Shown: positions 25,794 through 33,618 of the stretch, piece by piece
Layout of the letters: each line of letters begins with the position of its first letter
Numbering within the stretch: position 1 is the first letter of the stretch
Assembly (NCBI GenBank): GCA_035515795.1
Contig: DATJAY010000039.1
Span: 142,964-206,963 of the forward strand
Length of the DNA: 64,000 nt
Direction: 5' to 3'
Origin: Candidatus Acidiferrales bacterium
GTDB lineage: Bacteria > Bacteroidota > Ignavibacteria > Kryptoniales > JAKASW01
Program-made: the position numbers and the translations under genes
Notes under the pieces: model-generated
Told to the model about the DNA's origin: nothing
Seen by the model: only the letters and a program-made list of their open reading frames with translations
The model's database searches: none

Positions 25794-26252
25794 ATGACCC
25801 CCAGTAATGAAAAGCTGAAGTCAACAAAAAAGAAGTCCAAGGGATTTTCTGACGAGGAACGAGCCGCAATGAAGGCTCGTGCCAAAGAGCTCAAAGCGGA
25901 AGCGCGCGCGAATAAGGATAGGGAGGAAGGGGAGAGCGCCGCACTCACGGCGATTGGAAAGATGAAGGAACCCGACCGTACCATGGCGAAGCGACTCCAT
26001 GCAATCATCAAAGCCAGCGGCCTATCTGCGAAAACATGGTACGGAATGCCCGCTTACACCAACGGGGACGGAAAGATCATCTGCTACTTCCGCGACCGGC
26101 AGAAGTTCAAAGAAAGGTACGCGATGTTCGGCTTCAACGACTCAGCGAGCTTGGACCAGGGTTCAATGTGGCCTGTCGCCTACGCTCTGCCCGAGTTGAT
26201 CTCCGAAGACGAGGCTCGGATCGCCTCGCTCGTGAAGAAGGCGGTGGGTTGA
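25794..26252 (+). CDS. DUF1801 (YdhG-like) domain protein, copy 1
   Basis: 152 aa. [20 protein letters not shown] core. Lys/Glu-rich N-terminal segment. Confidence 0.8.
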   Translation: MTPSNEKLKSTKKKSKGFSDEERAAMKARAKELKAEARANKDREEGESAALTAIGKMKEPDRTMAKRLHAIIKASGLSAKTWYGMPAYTNGDGKIICYFRDRQKFKERYAMFGFNDSASLDQGSMWPVAYALPELISEDEARIASLVKKAVG

Positions 26253-26383
26253 TTTTGAAAGTCCGAATGTCCGCAAGGAATCACAACTGCGCCGTGAAGG
26301 GGTTCCAATCCTGAACGGCATCACTTCGGGAGTACAACTCCATCTCGGCGTTGAGAGCTTTGAGTTATTATGAGGAGATTTCT

Positions 26384-26860
26384 ATGAGCCCAGAAAAGAA
26401 AGCACAAAAGTCAGCCAAACGCACCATTGCAAGCGGCAAGGCCTACGAGGGATTATCGTCTGAAGAAATTGCGGTCATGAAGGAGACCCTCAAAGAAAGA
26501 AAGGCGGCTGCGAGCAAGGAAGAGGCGGAAAAAGCCGTGCTTGAGAAGATCGCCGAGATGAAGGGGTCGGATCATATCTTGGCAAAACGCATCCACGCAA
26601 TCATCAAAGAAAGCGCGCCGGTTCTTTCGGCGAAAACCTGGTATGGGATGCCCGCCTATGCCAACGCGGACGGAAAAGTCATTTGCTTCTTTCAAGCTGC
26701 AAGTAAGTTTAACGCGAGATATGCAACGTTCGGCTTTCTACCCGATGCTAAACTTGACGAAGGCAATATGTGGACGACCTCCTTTGCAATGATCAAGTTG
26801 ACCGCTACCGAAGAGGCAAAGATCGCCGCGCTCGTGAAGAAAGCAGTAGGCTCGATGTGA
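26384..26860 (+). CDS. DUF1801 (YdhG-like) domain protein, copy 2
   Basis: 158 aa from ATG 26384. [20 protein letters not shown]. Same RBS context (TATGAGGAGATTTnnATG) as copy 1. Confidence 0.8.
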   Translation: MSPEKKAQKSAKRTIASGKAYEGLSSEEIAVMKETLKERKAAASKEEAEKAVLEKIAEMKGSDHILAKRIHAIIKESAPVLSAKTWYGMPAYANADGKVICFFQAASKFNARYATFGFLPDAKLDEGNMWTTSFAMIKLTATEEAKIAALVKKAVGSM

Positions 26861-27306
26861 AAACAAGTACTAGTCTTTCCACGAAAGAGAAGTCTGCATC
26901 TCAACAGATAGATGCTATAATCAAAGAGCCGGGTGACTGGCGGGGGAAGAAGCTGTCGCAGCTGCGGGCTTTGATCAAAAAGGCAGACTCTGCCATCGTA
27001 GAAGAGGTGAAGTGGAAAAAACCATCCAAACCTTCTGGTATACCTGTTTGGTCTCATGACGGAATAATATGCGTAGCAGACACGCTCAAGAACGCCGTGA
27101 GATTGACATTTCCCAAAGGTGCTCAGGTGAAGGATCCGAAGAAGCTTTTCAATACTCGTCTGGAAAGCAAAACGGTCCGTGCCATCGACTTTCACGAAGG
27201 TGACACGGTGGATGAGGAAGCGCTGAAGGGACTCATTCTCGATGCCGTGGCGGTGAACAGATCAAAAAGCGCGAGCGATAAAATGAATAAACGATTAAGA
27301 CAGTAA
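26857..27306 (+). CDS. DUF1801 domain protein, divergent copy 3
   Basis: 149 aa from GTG 26857 (GTGA overlap with the copy 2 stop). Motifs [27 protein letters not shown]...PVWSH.GIIC...K..V.LTF.KG. Confidence 0.75.
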   Translation: MKTSTSLSTKEKSASQQIDAIIKEPGDWRGKKLSQLRALIKKADSAIVEEVKWKKPSKPSGIPVWSHDGIICVADTLKNAVRLTFPKGAQVKDPKKLFNTRLESKTVRAIDFHEGDTVDEEALKGLILDAVAVNRSKSASDKMNKRLRQ

Positions 27307-27319
27307 AGGAGAACAATAT

Positions 27320-27697
27320 ATGCAATTAGTCAATAAACTCATGATGCTTGCCGTGGCTGTCAGCGACATGCCGAAGGCAAAAGCCTTTTATGCGGACAAA
27401 CTTGGTTTGAAGGTCACGACAGACTACCGCCAGGATGATGACCACTGGTGGGTATCCCTTGCTCTCCCCGAAGACGGAGTTGCCATAACCCTAACCACCT
27501 TTCACGGAAATGCGAAGCCCGGCGCGATGACGCTGTGGTTCGCGACTTCAGACATTGCTGCGGCCCACAAGGATCTCAGCGCCAAAGGAGTCAAAGTCAG
27601 CGAAATCGGTGACGACTTGCACGGTCCAGGGTCAGGCATAAAGTGGTTTAATTTCAAGGACCCTGACGGTAACATGGTTCACCTCGAACAGGCGTAA
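27320..27697 (+). CDS. VOC (glyoxalase/bleomycin-resistance/dioxygenase) family protein
   Basis: 125 aa. Motifs AKAFYADKLGLKV and F.DPDGNMVHLEQ typical of the VOC fold. Confidence 0.85.
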   Translation: MQLVNKLMMLAVAVSDMPKAKAFYADKLGLKVTTDYRQDDDHWWVSLALPEDGVAITLTTFHGNAKPGAMTLWFATSDIAAAHKDLSAKGVKVSEIGDDLHGPGSGIKWFNFKDPDGNMVHLEQA

Positions 27698-27840
27698 GGT
27701 GATGGGCACATTAAAGGAAAGTAGAAAAAAATGTTTAACAAAGAGGGGCAAACACTTGAACATTCTACAAAGTTGAAAAATATATGCGGCAAATTCTCGA
27801 TCGAAAGGGATTAAACAATTAGTAAGAGGACAAATTAGAC

Positions 27841-28185
27841 ATGAAAGATTTCATGTTCCTTTTCAGGTTCAAAGATGGATTCGATTACAAAACCGCTTCG
27901 CGTGAAGAATTTCAGAAAGAGGCGATGAAATGGCAGACATGGACTGAAAATCTTCTGAAGGAAGGAAGACTTACTCCAGGCAATCGTTTGGTCCAATCTG
28001 GAAAAGTAGTCAAAGGAAAGAGCAAGCAAGTGCACGATGGGCCATTTGCCGAAGGGAAAGAAGTCGTCGGGAGTTTCTGCACTGTCAAAGCACGAAACAT
28101 TGACGAGGCTCTCGAGGTCGCGAAAGGATGCCCTATCCTCGACCAGGATGGCAGTGTCGAGGTAAGAGAGATCAAGGTTTACTAA
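27841..28185 (+). CDS. YciI/DGPF family protein, paralog 3 (immediately upstream of the sigma factor)
   Basis: 114 aa. Motifs DGPFAEGKEVVGSF, GCPIL and VEVRE. Lies 13 nt upstream of the ECF sigma gene. Confidence 0.85.
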   Translation: MKDFMFLFRFKDGFDYKTASREEFQKEAMKWQTWTENLLKEGRLTPGNRLVQSGKVVKGKSKQVHDGPFAEGKEVVGSFCTVKARNIDEALEVAKGCPILDQDGSVEVREIKVY

Positions 28186-28198
28186 AAGGGGGCTGGCG

Positions 28199-29488
28199 AT
28201 GGAAGACAACAACGTCGATAAGCTTGTCGATCACCTTTTCCGCCATGAATCGGGGAAGATGGTTTCCGTGCTGACGCGGACTTTCGGGACAGAAAATCTC
28301 GAAATAGTTGAAGACGTTGTGCAAGATGCTCTTCTGCAGGCAACTCAGCTCTGGCCGGTAAATGGAATACCGAACAATCCATCCGCGTGGTTGTATCAAG
28401 CCGCGCGAAACAAAGCGATCGATGTATTAAGACGAAACAACCATTCGGTCAGGTTGGAGACAGAGGAGGAATCCAGTCTTCCTGATGCGGACTCGTTATT
28501 ACCGGGAATGATCGACGAGGCGGGACAGGAAGAGATTGTGAAAGACGATATGCTTCGCATGATGTTTGTTTGCTGCCATCCTGCAATCCCGGAGGAAAAT
28601 CAGATCACACTTATTCTGAAAGTGCTTTGCGGATTCAGCACGGCCGAAATCGCCAGGGCATTCCTGACTTCCGAGGACACGATTTCTAAAAGATTATACC
28701 GGACGAAAGAATTTTTCCGGTCGCACAAGATTGAATTTGCCGTCCCTCTGCCGAATAAACTGAAAAGCAGAATAGATGGAGTGCTGAACTCGATCTATCT
28801 CCTGTTCAATGAAGGATATAACTCGACTGACTCCGAAGAGTTGATACGGAAAGACCTGATGGAAGAGGCGATACTACTTTGCAAGATGCTTACCGAGAAT
28901 CCTCTCACGTCACAGCCGGAAACTTTTGCGCTGATGGCATTGATGTGTTTCCAGTCGTCGCGCAACGACAGCCGCCTTACACCCGAGGGAGAAATAATCT
29001 TGCTGCCGGACCAGGACAGAAGCAAATGGGATTTTGAATTGATCGCGGCGGGGAACGAATTTATGAACAAAGCGGCGTATGGAGATTCGGTGAGCAAGTA
29101 CCATCTCGAAGCCGCGATCGCGTTCGAACATTGCACTGCGGAGAGTTTTGACAGGACGAACTGGGCAAGGATACTAGAGCTGTACGAATGGCTCTGCCGT
29201 GTTTCGTCGTCGCCGGTTCTGGAATTGAATAAAGCTGTCGCGACGATGCAGGTTCATGGAGCCGCAGAAGCATTGAGGTTGTTAGTGAACATCCGGGACA
29301 AGAAAAAAATTGAGACTTACCACATTTACCACAGCCTGTTGGGAGAAATCTATTGTCGCCTGGACAGGAAGGGGGACGCCCGTGAGGAATTTGAAATTGC
29401 AGAAAGGCTGACCGGGTCAGAAACGGAGAGAAGGCTGATGAGGGAGAAAATTTCCGCGATTGCACGCCTTGAGGCGGCCGCAGGATAA
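28199..29488 (+). CDS. ECF sigma factor with long C-terminal extension (ECF42-like, DGPF-associated)
   Basis: 429 aa. Region 2 VQDALLQA..NPSAWLYQAARNKAIDVLRR, region 4 GFSTAEIARAFLTSEDTISKRLYRTK, then YLLFNEGY and a ~230-aa helical-repeat tail. No adjacent anti-sigma gene. Confidence 0.88.
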   Translation: MEDNNVDKLVDHLFRHESGKMVSVLTRTFGTENLEIVEDVVQDALLQATQLWPVNGIPNNPSAWLYQAARNKAIDVLRRNNHSVRLETEEESSLPDADSLLPGMIDEAGQEEIVKDDMLRMMFVCCHPAIPEENQITLILKVLCGFSTAEIARAFLTSEDTISKRLYRTKEFFRSHKIEFAVPLPNKLKSRIDGVLNSIYLLFNEGYNSTDSEELIRKDLMEEAILLCKMLTENPLTSQPETFALMALMCFQSSRNDSRLTPEGEIILLPDQDRSKWDFELIAAGNEFMNKAAYGDSVSKYHLEAAIAFEHCTAESFDRTNWARILELYEWLCRVSSSPVLELNKAVATMQVHGAAEALRLLVNIRDKKKIETYHIYHSLLGEIYCRLDRKGDAREEFEIAERLTGSETERRLMREKISAIARLEAAAG

Positions 29489-29536
29489 AGTTTTCTATTT
29501 CTTCGTCGTTTCTCTCATTGAAGCAGGCTGGTCCCG

Positions 29537-29983
29537 TTATGTTCCGGCGGGTGTTTCGGTCCCCATGTAAATCAGTTCCACGCCTGCTTCTTCCGCATAT
29601 TTCTTTATCCTCTCGTCGCGGTAGAATTCTTTATAATAGATTGAGTTGATACCCGAGTTCGCGATTAGTTTGAAACAGTTCAGGCAGGGCGACGCGGTGA
29701 CGTAGATCTCCGAGTTGTTGATATTCACGCCGTTTTTCGCCGCCTGCGCGACGGCGTTGGCTTCTGCATGGACGGTGCGAACGCAATGCCCGTTGTCCAT
29801 GTCGTGTCCGACGTCATCGCAATGCGGTGCGCCGCGGAGACTCCCGTTATATCCTGTTGAAAGTATTACCTTGTCGCGCACGATGACGGCGCCGACATGT
29901 CTGCGGTCGCATGTGCTGCGCGTTGACACCTGCTCGGCTATTGCCATAAAATATTCAAACCAATCGGCTCTCGTTTTTGCCAT
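29537..29983 (-). CDS. Deoxycytidylate (dCMP) deaminase
   Basis: 148 aa. Zinc motifs VHAEANA and SPCLNC; STRSTCDRRHVGAVIV. Confidence 0.9.
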   Translation of the reverse strand: MAKTRADWFEYFMAIAEQVSTRSTCDRRHVGAVIVRDKVILSTGYNGSLRGAPHCDDVGHDMDNGHCVRTVHAEANAVAQAAKNGVNINNSEIYVTASPCLNCFKLIANSGINSIYYKEFYRDERIKKYAEEAGVELIYMGTETPAGT

Positions 29984-30094
29984 GTCTTTTTTCCTTTAAT
30001 GATCCAAAATAATATCTAACGGGAGTTCAAAATACAAATCTACATCTTAATGACAATCGGACGAGATCGCTTATATTTCAAATAAAATAAGATT

Positions 30095-30598
30095 ATGATC
30101 GACCCGACCATAAACATCGTGCCGGCTGCCGAAAGAGATGTCCCTTTGATTCTTTCTTTCATAAAGGGACTTGCTGAATACGAGCGTCTGCTCGGCCAGG
30201 TCGTCGCAACTGAAGATGCATTGCGGGAGACGCTCTTCGGACCAAAGAAGTTTGCTGAAGTCGTCATCGCACGTTACGGGGATGAGCCTGCCGGCTTCGC
30301 GCTCTTCTTTCATAATTACTCCACATTTCTCGGACAGCCCGGAATTTATTTGGAGGATCTTTTTGTATTGCCGGAGTTTCGCAAGAAGGGAGTAGGCAAG
30401 GCATTGTTAACGTATCTCTCGCGCGTTGCCGTCGAAAGAAAATGTGGAAGACTCGAATGGGCTGTGCTCGACTGGAATAAACCGGTGATAGAATTTTATG
30501 AAAAGATGGGGGCTGTCTGCCTCGATGACTGGAGGATATGCCGGCTTACAGGCATGGCGTTAAAGAAGCTCGGATCGAATTCCGGAGAACCGAAGTAG
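30095..30598 (+). CDS. GNAT family N-acetyltransferase
   Basis: 167 aa. Acetyl-CoA motif EFRKKGVGKALLTYL; diamine-acetyltransferase-like layout. Confidence 0.85.
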   Translation: MIDPTINIVPAAERDVPLILSFIKGLAEYERLLGQVVATEDALRETLFGPKKFAEVVIARYGDEPAGFALFFHNYSTFLGQPGIYLEDLFVLPEFRKKGVGKALLTYLSRVAVERKCGRLEWAVLDWNKPVIEFYEKMGAVCLDDWRICRLTGMALKKLGSNSGEPK

Positions 30599-30622
30599 TC
30601 GAAATTTAAGAGATCGCCTTAC

Positions 30623-31840
30623 TCAATAAGACCCCGTTGTGAAGGTTGAAGTATAAGTCTGAGGCAGGGGTGTTCCATCATACGCCTTTAACGTTGTCGA
30701 GATAGTTACCGTGTATTTCGTATTGGCAGAGAAGCTGGTAGAGTTCGTCGGGTAAAAAGAGAAATATGGGCTATAGTTGGAGTTACCGAAAAACTGGAGT
30801 GAGCCGCTGACGCTTGGACTGATACTGAAAGCCGAGCGCACGGTTGATGTATCATATTGGGCGTCGCAGTAAACTTCGATGGAAGTCCCCCTGCTTACTC
30901 CGGTGCTGCCGTCTGTAGGAGAAATCGAAACACGAAATGGGACGGTAGAGAATGAAAAAGTGTAAGGAGAAGAAAGATTACCTCCGCCCAGAGATTTCAT
31001 CGCAGTCGAGATCACCACACTGTAAGTGGTGCCCAGCTTAAACCCATTATTCGGGGTGAATGTAAACTCAGGTGAGCCGGAATAATTGTAAAAACTAAAA
31101 TATCCTGAGGTATTTGGATTTATGCTAAAAGCAGCTCGTGCACTCGCCGTGTCGATGAGGGTATTAAAATAGACGGATATTGGAGAATAATTCAGCGGCC
31201 AGTCCGATGTCCCATTTGACGGGCTGCAGCTTGTTATCTGGAACGGCTGAGTAGAAAAGGAAAATGTGTAATCCGATGGGAGCGGGGTTGCATTTAATGC
31301 CTTCAATGCCGTCGAGATGGAAACGGTGTAGTTCGTCCCCATGCTAAATCCATTATACGGAGTGAACTCAAAATAGTCGGAGCCGTAGTAGTCTGTAAAA
31401 TACCCCGCTATGTTCGGACTGATGCTGAACGCGGATCTAACGGTTGACGTATCGATTGGACCGTTTAAATAAACATAGATATTCTGGGAAGAAGGGACGT
31501 TGATAGACCCGTCGCTCGGAGAAGTTGATGTCACTTGAAATGCCTGCGTCGTGAATGAGGCACTGAAAGGAGCGGAGAGATACGTTCCGTCGGTCGCTCT
31601 TAATGCGGTCGACAGCGTCAGGGTATATTTTGTATTAAAGGCGAAACCCGGGGCCGGCATGAAATAAAAATCTGTAGGACCATTGCCGGAGTAATACAGC
31701 GTACCCGTCGTACTTGGGCTGATCGTGAATGCAGAGCGAATCGTGCTCGTGTCGATTCCGCCCGTCATGGAGAAATAAACCTCAGTGGTCGAAGATACGT
31801 TAGTGCTGCCGTCCGTTGGGCTCACGGACTGCACCTGAAA
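30623..31840 (-). repeat. Four clear tandem coding repeats of ~300 nt (99-104 codons each) inside the Big_5 lipoprotein gene
   Basis: Unit boundaries from the protein repeat register: 31840-31541, 31540-31244, 31243-30938, 30937-30626. Two more divergent units lie upstream (to about 32140 and beyond). Confidence 0.75.
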
Positions 31841-32755
31841 CGGCGTAGTCGTGAAACCTGATGAATAATTACTTACCAATTGATGTCCGTAATTGTCACC
31901 GACTCCCGCTGGAATGGCTATGGAGTATGCCGTATTGTACTTCATTGCGTCAATAGAGGAGAAAGAGGCAACAGTGGAGTCGCCGTTGTAAAAGCTCCAT
32001 TTGCCCTTCAAAGTCGGCGTGATAGTGATCTGGGATAGAGCGCTCGCCTGGAGTGGGCTGTTGAACATTACTTCCATGTACTGTCCGTTTAGGATATTGA
32101 CGTTCGTCTGACCTGCTGCCGGAAATGAATATATCACGCGGAAATTAGGTTCAGGCGTAAAAGAGAATGTATAAGAAGTCTGAAGATGGTTCCCGTTGAT
32201 GTCTTCAAGTGAGGTATCGATAGTAACGGTGTAAGTCTTGCCGACAGCATACCGCATTTGAACGCCGCCGTAGCCGGTCTCATAGGTTAAGGAGTCGAAA
32301 ATGTCGAATTCCAGTACGTCGTCATAACTTTCCGGTTTGTTCGAACGATGCTGTGTGTCCACGCTTTCGGTAGTGCCTGTACGGTTAGCAGATTGCGCCT
32401 TATCGTATATGACAGGGATAGAGGTCAAGTGAAGTATTACTACGACCGGTCTGTCAAAGCCTTTGCATGTTATCGCTCCCACTTTTAGCGAGTACGTGCT
32501 CATAAGCTTGTTAAACTGCAAGACGAACGAAGGTCTGCTCGATCCTGACCCTGGATTGTAAATGTCGAAGGGGCCGACGCTCTTATCGGCCGGAAGTGTA
32601 AATATGACTTTCGGCTTTATCGAGGAATCGGAAAGACTCCCTTGATCTCCTGTGGGGTTGGAATTTTTGGTGCAGCCCGAGAGCAAAAGGAAAACGATTA
32701 ATAGGCATGATAACTTGAGAGCCCTAGAAGATTTTAGAATGAAATAGAACTTCAT
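30623..32755 (-). CDS. Surface lipoprotein made of about six tandem SbsA/Big_5-type Ig-like domains
   Basis: Start set at ATG 32755 (MKFYFILK...LLLSGC lipobox). Repeated units F(Q/R)V.S.SP.DG..NV....I.V.F...ID..T.RSAF.I.P...G......F.F.P...F...T.YTV.IST.L....G..L...Y..SF.T. Confidence 0.75.
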   Translation of the reverse strand: MKFYFILKSSRALKLSCLLIVFLLLSGCTKNSNPTGDQGSLSDSSIKPKVIFTLPADKSVGPFDIYNPGSGSSRPSFVLQFNKLMSTYSLKVGAITCKGFDRPVVVILHLTSIPVIYDKAQSANRTGTTESVDTQHRSNKPESYDDVLEFDIFDSLTYETGYGGVQMRYAVGKTYTVTIDTSLEDINGNHLQTSYTFSFTPEPNFRVIYSFPAAGQTNVNILNGQYMEVMFNSPLQASALSQITITPTLKGKWSFYNGDSTVASFSSIDAMKYNTAYSIAIPAGVGDNYGHQLVSNYSSGFTTTPFQVQSVSPTDGSTNVSSTTEVYFSMTGGIDTSTIRSAFTISPSTTGTLYYSGNGPTDFYFMPAPGFAFNTKYTLTLSTALRATDGTYLSAPFSASFTTQAFQVTSTSPSDGSINVPSSQNIYVYLNGPIDTSTVRSAFSISPNIAGYFTDYYGSDYFEFTPYNGFSMGTNYTVSISTALKALNATPLPSDYTFSFSTQPFQITSCSPSNGTSDWPLNYSPISVYFNTLIDTASARAAFSINPNTSGYFSFYNYSGSPEFTFTPNNGFKLGTTYSVVISTAMKSLGGGNLSSPYTFSFSTVPFRVSISPTDGSTGVSRGTSIEVYCDAQYDTSTVRSAFSISPSVSGSLQFFGNSNYSPYFSFYPTNSTSFSANTKYTVTISTTLKAYDGTPLPQTYTSTFTTGSY

Positions 32756-33049
32756 GACACAGCCTCCGTTCAGTTTGATTGGAGATTCAAACAGTTGCAT
32801 ATGACTGCACGTAATCTAAATGCTGCAAAAGAGAAATACAACTGTCAGATAGTATTCGTACGATGAGATATCAAGGGGAAACGACATTTAAAGTAGCTTG
32901 AACGGAGGTGAAGCCTGCGAGGATGGGGATGTCGGTCAATGATAGGAAACGTGGTGACTTCGCCACCATGTTGCGAACGCCCTTGCATCGTTCCATGACG
33001 TTGACTAATCTACTCCTGTGAGAGTCGGAAATTTGATAGAAGGGCAATC

Positions 33050-33604
33050 ATGGAAACTCAAGGAATTGTTTCGATTTGTTTTGCTGGAATATTGCTGATG
33101 CTTTCGAGTAGCGGCGCCGATAGCCAAACTCCACCTGCAGAGGTGACGACCGTCAAGCACGTCGACCTCAAAAGATACATTGGGACGTGGTACGAAATAG
33201 CAAAAATACCCAACTCTTTTCAGAAGCAATGTTCCTGCAACACGGCAGCGAGCTACGCGCTCCGCGATGACGGAAAGATCGAAGTAATAAACAGGTGTAC
33301 CAAAAACGATGGTTCCGCAGATGAGGCGAAGGGAATTGCGCGGGTTGTCGACACCACGACGAATGCAAAGTTGGAAGTGAGCTTCGTCAGAATTCTCGGC
33401 ATCCAGTTATTCTGGGGAGATTACTGGATCATCGGGCTCGACGACAATTACAATTATGCTGTTGTTGGAACTCCTTCGCGGAAATACGGCTGGGTGTTAA
33501 GTCGGACCCCGGTACTTTCACCGGAAGACATGAGGGCGGCATTTGAAATTCTGAAAACTCAAGGATACAATCTGAACGATTTTGTGAAGACCGAGCAGAA
33601 GTAA
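33050..33604 (+). CDS. blc: Bacterial lipocalin (Blc-like outer-membrane lipoprotein)
   Basis: 184 aa. VDLKRYIGTWYEIAKIPNSFQ (lipocalin SCR1 GxWYEIA) and YWIIGLDDNYNYAVVGTP..YGWVLSRTP. Confidence 0.88.
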   Translation: METQGIVSICFAGILLMLSSSGADSQTPPAEVTTVKHVDLKRYIGTWYEIAKIPNSFQKQCSCNTAASYALRDDGKIEVINRCTKNDGSADEAKGIARVVDTTTNAKLEVSFVRILGIQLFWGDYWIIGLDDNYNYAVVGTPSRKYGWVLSRTPVLSPEDMRAAFEILKTQGYNLNDFVKTEQK

Positions 33605-33618
33605 GTCGAGACTGGGGA

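Noticed and set aside
26770-26856. Upstream part of the 178-aa track ORF for the third DUF1801 gene
   Set aside because: It overlaps the end of DUF1801 copy 2 in another frame. GTG 26857 (GTGA coupling) gives a protein of normal DUF1801 length.
32756-33049. 294-nt divergent intergenic region between the Big_5 lipoprotein and the lipocalin gene, and similar gaps at 19380-19655, 36298-36522, 46138-46330, 50696-50864 and 63458-63636, inspected for structured RNAs
   Set aside because: Only short (4-7 bp) AT-rich or trivial inverted repeats were found, with no conserved riboswitch cores that I can recognise. They are most simply promoter or UTR regions.
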